The notes under the pieces are model-generated. The model saw nothing but the letters and a program-made list of their open reading frames with translations, was not told where the DNA came from and did no database searches. Below, in pieces: positions 35,601 through 45,238 of a stretch of 64,000 nt of DNA (position 1 is the stretch's first letter; every line of letters begins with the position of its first letter). This DNA is from Candidatus Melainabacteria bacterium (GTDB lineage Bacteria; Cyanobacteriota; Vampirovibrionia; LMEP-6097). Where the stretch lies: assembly GCA_005110385.1 (NCBI GenBank), contig DUDT01000009.1, forward strand, positions 1,660-65,659. The letters are read 5' to 3'. Both the position numbers and the translations under genes were made by a program.

Positions 35601-36732
35601 ATGCCAGAAGATCTTCAAATAGCTATAGATTCAGAGATAATCTCTAGTAAATATAATTCAATCAAGGAGTGTCTTTGATCTTAATGAGCTCAAAGAAGAA
35701 TTAAAGATTTTAGAGGGGAAGACTTTAGTAGAGGGCTTCTGGAATGATGTCAGCGAGGCTCAGGCTATATCTAAAGAGATTAGTTTTAAAAAAGAGCAGA
35801 TAGATAAAATAGATTCTTGGGCAAGGCGCCTAGAGGATTTTTTAGCTATGCAGGAGATGCTAGCTGAGACAGAGGAAGAACTCGAAAAACAAGATTTAGA
35901 TGAATTAATTCGTGAAGAATATTTTAAATTATTAACAGAATTAGAGGACTATGAATTTCTCTTGATGATGTCTGGAGATTATGATAAATCATCTGCGATT
36001 ATAAATATCAATGCTGGAGCTGGTGGTACTGATGCTCAGGATTGGGCGGAAATTCTTTTAAGGATGTATACACGCTGGGCGGAGATAACGAAAGGCTTTA
36101 CAGTAGAGCTTTTAGATAAATCTGATGGCGAGGAAGCTGGGATTAAATCAGCATCTTTAAAAATTTCTGGTCCTTATGCTTATGGTTATCTTTCGGCGGA
36201 GAAAGGCGTTCACAGGTTAGTGCGCAAATCTCCATTCAAATCTTCTGCTGACAGCAGGCAGACCAGTTTTGCGGGGGTCGAAGTTTGCCCTTTAATAGAT
36301 AGTTCTACTGAACTAAAAGGTTTTAAAGAATCTGATTTAGAAATTACTACTATGCGCTCTGGTGGAGCGGGCGGGCAGAATGTAAATAAAGTTGAGACAG
36401 CTGTCAGGGTAAGGCATATACCTACTGGCTTTGCTGTAAAATGTACTCAGGAACGGAGTCAGGCTCAAAATAAAGATAGAGCGATAGAGCAGATTAAATC
36501 TAAGCTGCTTGCTTTACAGGAAGAGGAAGAGCAGAAGAAGCTCGCTGAGCTTAAAGGAGAAGTTCTAAATGCTTCTTGGGGAAACGCTATTCGCTCTTAC
36601 GTCTTTGATGAAGGCAGGGTTAAGGATCATAGAACTAAGTATGAGACCCGTGATGTTGATGCTGTGATCAATGGTACAGAAGTTCTAGATGAATTTATAA
36701 GAGAGTTTTTAAAGTTTAAAACTGGGTCATAA
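35601..36732 (+). CDS. prfB: Peptide chain release factor 2, with programmed +1 frameshift (35601..35675 joined to 35677..36732)
   Basis: The frame-0 ORF MPEDLQ...KECL ends at CTT TGA (35673-35678) after the SD-like AAGGAG. The +1 frame continues DLNELKEEL... and carries SPF and GGQ motifs. Confidence 0.92.
35664..35679 (+). promoter_or_regulatory. RF2 autoregulatory +1 frameshift site
   Basis: AAGGAG TGT CTT TGA T contains an internal SD, the slippery CTT and an in-frame TGA. Confidence 0.9.
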
Positions 36733-36741
36733 GACCGGCAA

Positions 36742-36774
36742 AAACGCAGAAATAGGAGCTTCCGCTACATGCCC
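36742..36774 (+). repeat. AAACGCAGAA-type dispersed repeat, copy C (fills the gap between convergent prfB and purH)
   Basis: aaacgcagaaataggagcttccgctacatgccc starts 10 nt after the prfB stop and abuts the purH stop codon. Confidence 0.8.
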
Positions 36775-38373
36775 TTAATGCTTAAAATGCCTTATCTGAG
36801 TAAACGCCATAGCAATGCCTAAATCATCACAAGCTTTAATAACCTCTTCATCACGAATAGAACCACCTGGCTGAATAATCGCAGCTATATGGTTTTGGGC
36901 AGCGAGGTGCACATTATCAGCGAATGGGAAAAAACCATCAGAAGCCATTACGGCTCCCCTTGTATCTAAATCAAAATTACGCAGAGCATCCTCTACTGAC
37001 TTGACTCTGTTCGTCTGACCGACACCGATTCCTAGTGTCCTGCCGCCTTGAGTCGTCACTATCGCATTAGATTTAACATGCTTCACTACTTTTAAAGCTA
37101 GTATGAGATCCACCCATAGGCTTTCGTCTATAGTGGTCTTAGTAACGGTTTTTAATAAAGTCTGGTCTATAAGCTGATGATTAGCTGTTTGTATAAGGAA
37201 ACCACCATCAATTTTTTTAATATCTAAAAGATTCTGAGAATTTTTAAAATTAGGATGCTCTATTAATCTGATGTTCTTTTTCTGGGTGAGTATCGCAAAC
37301 GCTTCAGGGGTGAAGCTTGGAGCGATAACTGCTTCTAGGAAAATCTGACTTAATTCATTTGCTAGAGCTATGTCTACTGGATTATTTAGAGCTACCACTC
37401 CACCAAAAGCACTTACAGAGTCGGCTGCAAGGGCTTCTATAAAGGCTAAAGTGATATTAGGAGCTATTGCTACGCCACAAGGATTATTGTGTTTAACGAT
37501 AGCTGCACAAGGAATCTCTGGACCATACTCTTGGACTATATTATAGGCAGCGGAAAGATCAAGTAAATTATTAAAACTCAGATCTTTTCCATGTAATTTA
37601 TTTGCATCAGCAAGTCCACGATATTTTGAATTAGATTCAATATAAAGACCAGCCTGCTGATGAGGGTTTTCACCATAACTTAGCGTCCTCACTCTCTCTA
37701 AATTTAAAGTAAGTTTTTCAGGTAGTAAATTTTCATCTGTGGAGCTGCTTTCAGCAGTCGTTTTAAAAGAATCAGTGTTCGCTTGAGCTAAAAATCTTTC
37801 GATTACAGTATCATAGGCACTAGTCATCCTAAAAGTCTCAGCAGCTAGCTGTTTTCTATAATTTAGATCTAGAGATTTACTTTTATATCTCTCAGTAAAA
37901 GCATCATATTGATCAGGATTAGACAGTGTTATAACGTGCCTGAAATTCTTAGAAGCAGCTCTTAAAAGGCTGGGTCCACCTATATCTATATTTTCTATAG
38001 CTATATCTAGGGACTGCTCCCTATCTTCAATTTCTGCGTTAAGGTTTTTAGTAACTTCAGCGAAAGGATAGAGATTAACTATAACAAGGTCTATAGATAA
38101 TATATTTTCTCTTTCTATTTCTTCTAAATGCTGGTGATTATTTCTGTCATAAAGAATGGCTCCAAAAATTTTCGGATGTAGCGTTTTCACTCTGCCTGAA
38201 AGTATCTCTGGGAAATTACTGAGATCCCGAACCTCAGTTACTTTATAACCAGCAGCCTTGATAAAAGCCGCTGTACCAGAACTGCTGATAAAGTCATACT
38301 CAGCATCAAGAACTTCTAAAAGTTCTTCTAACTTAGATTTATCGGAAACAGAGATTAGAGCCTTTTTTTTCAT
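36775..38373 (-). CDS. purH: Bifunctional AICAR transformylase / IMP cyclohydrolase
   Basis: 532 aa. Motifs ALISVSDK, NLYPF, ENIDIGGPSLLRAASKN and a C-terminal FTQIRHFKH. Confidence 0.95.
   Translation of the reverse strand: MKKKALISVSDKSKLEELLEVLDAEYDFISSSGTAAFIKAAGYKVTEVRDLSNFPEILSGRVKTLHPKIFGAILYDRNNHQHLEEIERENILSIDLVIVNLYPFAEVTKNLNAEIEDREQSLDIAIENIDIGGPSLLRAASKNFRHVITLSNPDQYDAFTERYKSKSLDLNYRKQLAAETFRMTSAYDTVIERFLAQANTDSFKTTAESSSTDENLLPEKLTLNLERVRTLSYGENPHQQAGLYIESNSKYRGLADANKLHGKDLSFNNLLDLSAAYNIVQEYGPEIPCAAIVKHNNPCGVAIAPNITLAFIEALAADSVSAFGGVVALNNPVDIALANELSQIFLEAVIAPSFTPEAFAILTQKKNIRLIEHPNFKNSQNLLDIKKIDGGFLIQTANHQLIDQTLLKTVTKTTIDESLWVDLILALKVVKHVKSNAIVTTQGGRTLGIGVGQTNRVKSVEDALRNFDLDTRGAVMASDGFFPFADNVHLAAQNHIAAIIQPGGSIRDEEVIKACDDLGIAMAFTQIRHFKH
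38011..38040 (-). repeat. AAACGCAGAA-type repeat embedded in an ORF (encodes LNAEIEDREQSL)
   Basis: ggactgctccctatcttcaatttctgcgtt. It lies in a loop between NLYPF and ENIDIGG that is longer than in the E. coli PurH sequence as I recall it. Confidence 0.7.
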
Positions 38374-38397
38374 AGGTGAGGATGGATAATTTTATCA

Positions 38398-39471
38398 TTA
38401 AACAGAAATAGCTTTTTCTTTAAAATCCAACTCGTGTAATAGTTCATCTACATTCGTCGTCGCAGTGCCATATTTTCTCACCACTATACTAGCTGCGATA
38501 TTTCCTAAAAGAGTAGCCTCTAAATTAGTCGCACCGACCGCTAGAGCTAGTGAAAAGCAAGCTGAAACAGTATCTCCAGCGCCACTCACATCAAAAACTT
38601 CACTTACATTAAAAGCTGGGATTAATTCAGCTTTTACGCCATCCTCTGATTTAGTAAATAAAACCATGCCCTTCGCACCTCTAGTAATAAGCATTTGCTC
38701 GGTGCCAATTAAATTCAATAACTCTAGACCCGCCTTAAATAGATCTTCTTCTGTTTTAATCTTCCACCCGAGTGTAGCTTCTACATCTGGTTGATTCGGA
38801 GTAAGGCAGTAAACACCAGCATATTTAGAGAATTTACCATTACTATCTACTATGACTTTTTTTTGATGATATTTCGCTAAGTCTACAATCTCTTTTACAT
38901 TTTCCTCATGAAGTACACCACTGCCATAATCCGAGAGTAAAATTAAATCATAGTCTTGAATAGTATCTTTAAAGGACTCTAGAAGCTTTTTACTGAGCGC
39001 ATCATTGAGCTTATCTTTTATTTGGTGATCTATTCTTAATACTTGCTGTTTTAAGACTGTTCCAGTATCTGGATCAGAGCTAGAACTGGAGATGACTCTA
39101 GTCTTAAGTGTAGTAGGACGACTAGGGTCTATGCAGTAATAAAGCTCTATATCTCTTTCTTTGCAGAGATTTCTTAAGCGTTCTGCTGTTTTATCTTCCC
39201 CTACTACACCCATTAAACTAGTTTTAGCAGAAAGGCTAGCAAGGTTACTAGCAGCATTGGCAGAGCCTCCTAGAGTAAAGCGAGAATTTATATATTGAAG
39301 AATAATTACTGGAGCCTCTCTAGATATTCTTTCAGGAATTCCTCTGAGATATTCATCGACGATTAAATCGCCAACGACCAGTATGCGAGCTTGTTTAAAG
39401 CGTGAAACTATATTTTTTAAAGCAGGAAAATCGATCTGGTCTTTTTCGATGTTTGATTTTGTAACGTTCAT
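38398..39471 (-). CDS. PfkB-family sugar kinase, RfaE domain I-like (D-glycero-beta-D-manno-heptose-7-phosphate kinase)
   Basis: Motifs ARILVVGDLIVDEY...ISREAPV and the C-terminal SGAGDTV. Confidence 0.7.
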   Translation of the reverse strand: MNVTKSNIEKDQIDFPALKNIVSRFKQARILVVGDLIVDEYLRGIPERISREAPVIILQYINSRFTLGGSANAASNLASLSAKTSLMGVVGEDKTAERLRNLCKERDIELYYCIDPSRPTTLKTRVISSSSSDPDTGTVLKQQVLRIDHQIKDKLNDALSKKLLESFKDTIQDYDLILLSDYGSGVLHEENVKEIVDLAKYHQKKVIVDSNGKFSKYAGVYCLTPNQPDVEATLGWKIKTEEDLFKAGLELLNLIGTEQMLITRGAKGMVLFTKSEDGVKAELIPAFNVSEVFDVSGAGDTVSACFSLALAVGATNLEATLLGNIAASIVVRKYGTATTNVDELLHELDFKEKAISV

Positions 39472-39523
39472 TATGCAAAACTTAAGTATAGCAATTTGAA
39501 AAGTCTATAAAAGGCAGTCATTT

Positions 39524-39928
39524 ATGATTAAATTTGAAGTAGTCGCTGGAATAATTCAAGAAGGGAATAAAGTCCTAATGTGCCGTTCACGTGGCCGTGA
39601 GCATTACTATCTTCCAGGTGGCAAGATAAATCCAGGTGAGAGTCTAGAAGAAGCTTTAATTAGAGAATGTAAAGAAGAAATAATGATAGATATCATACCT
39701 TCGTCTATAAAGCTTTTTACTCGCTTTGAGGCAGAAGCCTACGGCTTTCAAGAGCCTAGAATAGTGATAATGAACTGCTTTAGCTTTAATTATTTGGGTG
39801 AAATACAGGCGGCAGCAGAGATAGATGATATTTTTTGGGCTGGGATGGAAGATTTAGAAAAGCTTGCACCAGCAGGGAAAGTATTAATGAAAAAGAGATT
39901 TATGCTTGATGAGCAGGCTCAATCCTAG
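39524..39928 (+). CDS. NUDIX hydrolase
   Basis: Nudix box GGKINPGESLEEALIRECKEEI. Confidence 0.85.
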   Translation: MIKFEVVAGIIQEGNKVLMCRSRGREHYYLPGGKINPGESLEEALIRECKEEIMIDIIPSSIKLFTRFEAEAYGFQEPRIVIMNCFSFNYLGEIQAAAEIDDIFWAGMEDLEKLAPAGKVLMKKRFMLDEQAQS

Positions 39929-40563
39929 TGCTCTAGAACGCTTAAATAACCAAGATTATCAAGCTCAGTCATAGTATCTATGCATTTAATCGCTCTTTCT
40001 GCTAACTCTAGACGCCCTTCTCTGACTAGCATAGTACGAAGAGTCCTATAAATTTCAGGCAGAAAATAAACATCATTTGCAGCGTAATTAAGCTGATCTT
40101 TATTTAGGTAAGAGCCACCCCAGTCACTACTTTGCTGAGCTTTACTAATATCTTTGCCGATAACCTCTTTGCAGAGATCTTTTAAGCCGTGTTTGTCAGT
40201 ATAAGTTCTAGCAATTTTACTAGCTATCTTCGTACAGAAGTAATTTTTAACTCTGATATTCAGCCAGAATTTTAACCAAGCCACATCAGTTCGTGCAAAG
40301 TGAAAGAGCTTTAGTACCTTTTCATTTTCAAATAGTTTCTGTAGATTAGGTGCTAAATCTTGCCCTTGCTCAATTTTAACTAATCTTACATTACGATCAT
40401 CATCAGAGATCTGCACTAGACACAGTCTGTCACGATAAACATTTAGACCCATCATCTCGCAGTCTACGGAGATAAGTTCCTGTTTTAAATAAAATTCTAA
40501 ATCTGTATCAGTTAGGTCTTTTTCTAAGAGCTTAAGTTTTTTATCATCCATGCTCTTAAACAC
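39925..40563 (-). CDS. rnd: 3'-5' exonuclease, RNase D-like (DEDDy)
   Basis: Exo motifs VDCEMMGL, FHFARTDVAWL and YAANDVYFL. Confidence 0.8.
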   Translation of the reverse strand: MFKSMDDKKLKLLEKDLTDTDLEFYLKQELISVDCEMMGLNVYRDRLCLVQISDDDRNVRLVKIEQGQDLAPNLQKLFENEKVLKLFHFARTDVAWLKFWLNIRVKNYFCTKIASKIARTYTDKHGLKDLCKEVIGKDISKAQQSSDWGGSYLNKDQLNYAANDVYFLPEIYRTLRTMLVREGRLELAERAIKCIDTMTELDNLGYLSVLEH

Positions 40564-42079
40564 CTATCTTATAGATAGCCATCTCTGAAAGGCCTTGAAG
40601 GTAATCCATTCCAAAAATACTTACTATAATTAATACACCCACCGACAGCATCGCTGTAAGTCTTGCTGGATCATAAGAGTATGTAGATTTACTTGCCCCA
40701 TCTTCTGTTACAGCTACTACCTCTACGGTCTCTAACTGCTTTAAAGCGAAGGAAGGTTCGTCTACTATCATTAATTTAGCTAAATATAGATAGTAGAAAA
40801 GAGCTATAACTGAACCAATTAAAGCAATGATAACTAAATATGGTGCATAAATCAGTCCAGAACTAAATGATGTGGAGAAGAGGAAGAATTTAGCGATAAA
40901 ACCAGCTGGAATAAATGGTAAGCCTGCTAGGTTAAAGAGGGCGATAGAGAAAATAATGGCAAGTATAGGCTTTTTCTGAATCCAACCCGCAAAGTCAAAA
41001 ACACTGTCACTGCCAGTCTCCTGCTCAAAATATATTACGCAAGCGAAAGCACAGGTATTCATAATCGCATAGATGGTGATATATAGAAGTAAAGAGCCAA
41101 CGCTCTCTAATCTCAGACAAGCAAGAGCGACTAATAAATAACCAGACTGAGCTATAGAAGAATAGGCTAAAAGTTTTTTCACTGAACCTCTACTGATGAT
41201 CTGAATGATACCTACATAATTACCAACGATGATCGAAAGTACAGCGATGATAGAAAGCATCGGTAAAAGGAATTCATTATGAAAGACTGTTCCGAAGACT
41301 CTTATCGCTACCGCAAAACCAGCTATTTTAGAAATGACTGATAAGAAAAGAGTGCTAGATGTTGGTGCACCATAATAAACATCTGGCGTCCAATTATGAA
41401 AAGGAGCTGCTGCGAGCTTAAAGGCTATCGCCGCTACTAGCAAACCTGATATTAATATTTTTAAAGGTACTGAAAGTAGAGAAATAGATTCTAACTGTAC
41501 TACTCTACTAGCTACTTGAGCGAAATTAGTAGAAGCTGTTATTCCATAGAGTAGGGAAATTGCAAAAAGTAACATGCCTGTAGCTACTGCCGCAGTTAAA
41601 AGATATTTAATCGCAGATTCATTAGATTTTTGAAGTTTTCTAGAGTAGGAAACTAAGAGAATAGCACTTAGTCCAAGTGTTTCAAGCCCAATAAACAAAG
41701 TAAGAAAATCATTTACGCCAGCAAGGAAACCCGCTCCTAGTGTCGCCGTTAAGAATATTGGGAAATACTCGGCTGGGCTTTCAAATTTTTCTATATATTT
41801 AGTCGCAGCTAAGGCGATAAGAGCAGCTATACCGTATATAAGAACTCTTAAGTATCTAGAAAGTGAGTCAGAGATAAAGGCTGAGTTTAGGATTTTGGTA
41901 ACTTCCTCGCCCTGAGTGCTAATCGCTGCCACTAAAGCTGCTAGAAGTAGTGCGAAGGTCGCTACTAATCCAGTGTATTTTTTAGTCTTGTCCATGAGAC
42001 TGAGTAAAAGGGTTATAAGTACTGCACTAAGAATAATAAATTCAGGCAGCAGAATTTTAGATACTAGATTCCAATCCAT
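40556..42079 (-). CDS. ndhB: NAD(P)H-quinone oxidoreductase chain 2 (NdhB / NuoN family)
   Basis: 507-aa polytopic Proton_antipo_M protein. Motifs KLAAAPFHNWTPDVYYGAPT and LLAYSSIAQSGY. Confidence 0.9.
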   Translation of the reverse strand: MDWNLVSKILLPEFIILSAVLITLLLSLMDKTKKYTGLVATFALLLAALVAAISTQGEEVTKILNSAFISDSLSRYLRVLIYGIAALIALAATKYIEKFESPAEYFPIFLTATLGAGFLAGVNDFLTLFIGLETLGLSAILLVSYSRKLQKSNESAIKYLLTAAVATGMLLFAISLLYGITASTNFAQVASRVVQLESISLLSVPLKILISGLLVAAIAFKLAAAPFHNWTPDVYYGAPTSSTLFLSVISKIAGFAVAIRVFGTVFHNEFLLPMLSIIAVLSIIVGNYVGIIQIISRGSVKKLLAYSSIAQSGYLLVALACLRLESVGSLLLYITIYAIMNTCAFACVIYFEQETGSDSVFDFAGWIQKKPILAIIFSIALFNLAGLPFIPAGFIAKFFLFSTSFSSGLIYAPYLVIIALIGSVIALFYYLYLAKLMIVDEPSFALKQLETVEVVAVTEDGASKSTYSYDPARLTAMLSVGVLIIVSIFGMDYLQGLSEMAIYKIGV

Positions 42080-42189
42080 AATCGTATTTAATTGTATGAT
42101 ATTGCTGTTAAGCCCGCAACTTAAGGATTCATCGAAAAAGACTAAATATCGTATTTTTCAAGCCCTACTGAGATACAAAAGCTAGTGCA

Positions 42190-43404
42190 ATGCCTAATAA
42201 TGATGCCAAAAATTTAATTGAATTTATTGATATCTTAAATGTTAAAAATTTTGTAGAACTTGCAAATAAGACCTGTAAATTATTGGTAGAGAAATTTTCT
42301 AAGCAAAATGCTGACTTCGCTTATTTCTATCTTTCTGGTTACGAAGGGAAAATATATTATTCACTGAAAGATGATAAAAAAGCCGCTAAATTTTCCATTA
42401 CTGAATCTGACACTAGTGAATTTAAAAAGATTTATTACATACACAAAGAAACAGAAGGTCATATTAGTTCTGCCTTCACTGTTTTTAGCCGAACTAAATC
42501 AGCTAATAATTTAGCTAAGAACGCAGAATTTGAAAATCACGAGCAGCCCCCTAGCACTCTCCCAGAGAAGGATTTAGAGCTTTTAAATAGAATGGTGAGC
42601 GCTATATTAGATCAAATTTCTTTATTATCAGCTTTAGAGAATATTCAGTTAAACAATGAAAGATTAGTGAAACTTAACGAAAATAAGACCCAGATATTAG
42701 GCACCGTCTCGCACGAATTAAGGACTCCGATGTCTGCGATATTAGGTTTTAGTGAGCTTTTGTTAAATGCTTCGTACAGCCCCGAGCTTACAAAAAAATA
42801 TTTAGAAGAAATCTATCAAGCTTCTAAAAAACTTGCTGGTTTAATAGATGATTTCCTCGATTTATCACGCTTAGAATCAAATGATGAATTATTTCTAAGT
42901 GATTTTGAAGCAGTTGAGATATCGACTCTTGCAAGAAAAGCATGGGATGAGATTCAGGATCAACATAAACCATATTCGGTTAAGTGGGCTGTGAATTCTG
43001 AGATGCCCTATATACTCTGTGACGTAGTAGCTGTCGAGAGGGTATTTCATAATTTATTCTCGAATGCCATAAAGTATTCACCGATAGAGGTTTCTAAGCC
43101 AGATAGAAAAGTGATTAACTGTAGAATAGATATAGTCACGGCAGCAAGTCCAGAGAATTTTTTTGATGAAATTTCTGTATCTATTAGTGACAACGGAATG
43201 GGTATCGCTAAAGAGAATGTAGGACAGGTTTTTGAGCGTTTTATGCGAGTAGATAATAGTGATACACGTAAAATCGGTGGCACGGGGCTCGGTTTATGGA
43301 TCTGCAAGCAGATTATCGAAGCTCATGGTGGTAAGATCTGGTGTGAGAGTGAGCTTGGACAGGGTAGTGTGTTTAAGTTTATTTTGCCGATTTATCGGGG
43401 GTGA
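42190..43404 (+). CDS. Cytoplasmic sensor histidine kinase (HisKA plus HATPase_c)
   Basis: H-box [15 protein letters not shown]-box [10 protein letters not shown], and G-boxes DNGMGI and [11 protein letters not shown]. Confidence 0.85.
   Translation: MPNNDAKNLIEFIDILNVKNFVELANKTCKLLVEKFSKQNADFAYFYLSGYEGKIYYSLKDDKKAAKFSITESDTSEFKKIYYIHKETEGHISSAFTVFSRTKSANNLAKNAEFENHEQPPSTLPEKDLELLNRMVSAILDQISLLSALENIQLNNERLVKLNENKTQILGTVSHELRTPMSAILGFSELLLNASYSPELTKKYLEEIYQASKKLAGLIDDFLDLSRLESNDELFLSDFEAVEISTLARKAWDEIQDQHKPYSVKWAVNSEMPYILCDVVAVERVFHNLFSNAIKYSPIEVSKPDRKVINCRIDIVTAASPENFFDEISVSISDNGMGIAKENVGQVFERFMRVDNSDTRKIGGTGLGLWICKQIIEAHGGKIWCESELGQGSVFKFILPIYRG
42520..42550 (+). repeat. AAACGCAGAA-type repeat embedded in an ORF (encodes [12 protein letters not shown])
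   Basis: aacgcagaatttgaaaatcacgagcagcccc aligns with the intergenic consensus from the AACGCAGAA core to the terminal GCCCC. Confidence 0.6.
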
Positions 43405-43406
43405 GA

Positions 43407-43437
43407 GGCTGCTCATCAGCTCCAGTTTCTGCGTTTT
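43407..43437 (-). repeat. AAACGCAGAA-type dispersed repeat, copy D (inverted, partly diverged; right after the kinase stop)
   Basis: ggctgctcatcagctccagtttctgcgtttt. Its TTTCTGCGTTTTAA end supplies the stop codon of the 596-aa gene. Confidence 0.65.
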
Positions 43438-45226
43438 AAAAATTCATTAATTCATTAAATGCCTTATCATAATAACTATTCGAGTTCTCAATATCAGTAT
43501 CTAGGCTAAGTGTGTCTGTATCTTTGCTTTCATCGTAATTAAAGAATACAGTTCTAGAATGACTTTTATAACAGGCATCTTCTAGGCTCATTTCATTATT
43601 TTTTAAACGATTAAAATTTCCTTCTAAAAATCTTAACGGCAATATATAGAAATTAAAATCGAGGGACTCCTGTGCAATTCCATTTCCTGCATTTTTCTCG
43701 TTCTTTTTTTTATCTGGATTTAAAAGATTATGTTTAATAGCAAGCCTAGTTATTTTTTCTTTTAAGATACTGTTTCCTTCACTATTTGCAGTGTTAATTA
43801 AACTAAAAGTTTGATCTGAAATGACTAATATCGGTATAATTTCAGCTTCCTTTTTAGTTTTAGTGGCTCCCTTTGCGCCATCTTCAGTGTTGCACTGTTT
43901 ACAACCTGGATTCTCACTATAAAGCTGAATAACACCCTCTGCGAGCTTTTCTATATTCTTTTCTATTTTATCTTCATCATAAATATCCTTAAGTGCGAAG
44001 TGATAGTTTAGTTTCAGTGATTTGATTTCAATAATATAAATTTTTTCATCCGTGATGATTTTTAAATCTGAGACTTTTTCTTGACCATAGATATTAATAA
44101 ATAGATCTTTAATAAACTGCTCGAATAAATCTCCATAAAAGCTTCTAAAGGGCTGAGCAGCTCTGAGACCTTCGCTCTTAAATTCTTCTCTATAAATATC
44201 ATCTAGAGCATTAAATAACGCGTCCTCTAAAATTATATTTCTCAAATATGGATATACGGGACTAAGAAAAAAAGGATATCGATTTTTATATTTTCTATCA
44301 GGTCTTATCAATGGATAGATCATCAGAGGGTTTATCGGGTTTAATTCTTTAGCTTTTTCTTGAAATTCTTTATAGGAGAGGGAGAAGGGCATTAGGGTTT
44401 TAATGATTGAATCTTTTTCTATTGACTCATTTACCTCAAGCAAGCGAGCTTGTATTTTTGGAAGATCCTCTTCTTCCCATTTGATGCTCTGATAATCTAT
44501 ACACCCACTAAAATTATACTTGCCTTGCTTCCAGCCCAATTCTTTATCGTGTAAGACTCCGAGGGAACCAAATATCAGAAAAGCCTTCATGGATAAAGAA
44601 AATTTTTCTTTAAATTTAGTTTCTGGGTTAATACTCTCAGTCTTTGCCTCAGTGGCAATATTACTAAATAGTTTTTTATGACGTTTTTTAAATTCTTCTT
44701 TCTTCGCATCTTTCTCTGTGAGATGCTTATAGGCTTTAATAAAAATTAAATACTGCCTAGCAAGTAAGTGCCTGCGATTAGACTGTCTCTGAATTTGATA
44801 CTTAGCTTGCATTTCCCATAAATGCAGCCAAAATTGAGCATTCCACATATCTGAATCTCTAATTCTTATTTCTTCCCCATTTTCAGTTTTCAAGTCTGGA
44901 GATTTATGAACTACGTGATACCAAAGATATCCACTGACATTGAAAAAATACTCAAGCTTCTCAACTTTATCCTTTCTAGCACTGAGATATAAAGCCTTTG
45001 TATCATTTGCACCGCTGATGATAAGTAACTGAACTAAATATCCGAGGCTTTCTTGAGTGAACATCACATCCTTATTTTTATAAGCAAAGCCATTACTAAT
45101 TTCACTTGAGGCATCTGGATTAGCATAGAGATATTCAGAGACCTTTCCTATTTCGAGTAGAGCATCCTGAAGGTTATATTTGCCTAGCTCGCGTATTAAA
45201 TCATGTTCAGTAATTTTGCGTTGCAT
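43436..45226 (-). CDS. Hypothetical 596-aa protein with a candidate PD-(D/E)xK nuclease core
   Basis: I recognise no family. The segment GDLFEQFIKDLF...VSDLKIITDEKIYIIEIKS fits helix-E, then D, then a beta hairpin, then ExK of restriction-endonuclease-like folds. Confidence 0.65.
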   Translation of the reverse strand: MQRKITEHDLIRELGKYNLQDALLEIGKVSEYLYANPDASSEISNGFAYKNKDVMFTQESLGYLVQLLIISGANDTKALYLSARKDKVEKLEYFFNVSGYLWYHVVHKSPDLKTENGEEIRIRDSDMWNAQFWLHLWEMQAKYQIQRQSNRRHLLARQYLIFIKAYKHLTEKDAKKEEFKKRHKKLFSNIATEAKTESINPETKFKEKFSLSMKAFLIFGSLGVLHDKELGWKQGKYNFSGCIDYQSIKWEEEDLPKIQARLLEVNESIEKDSIIKTLMPFSLSYKEFQEKAKELNPINPLMIYPLIRPDRKYKNRYPFFLSPVYPYLRNIILEDALFNALDDIYREEFKSEGLRAAQPFRSFYGDLFEQFIKDLFINIYGQEKVSDLKIITDEKIYIIEIKSLKLNYHFALKDIYDEDKIEKNIEKLAEGVIQLYSENPGCKQCNTEDGAKGATKTKKEAEIIPILVISDQTFSLINTANSEGNSILKEKITRLAIKHNLLNPDKKKNEKNAGNGIAQESLDFNFYILPLRFLEGNFNRLKNNEMSLEDACYKSHSRTVFFNYDESKDTDTLSLDTDIENSNSYYDKAFNELMNF

Positions 45227-45238
45227 GAAATCTCCTCC

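Noticed and set aside
39925-39928. 4-nt overlap of the convergent NUDIX and RNase D-like stop codons (CTAG)
   Set aside because: This is a trivial palindromic sharing of TAG stops with no functional implication that can be inferred.
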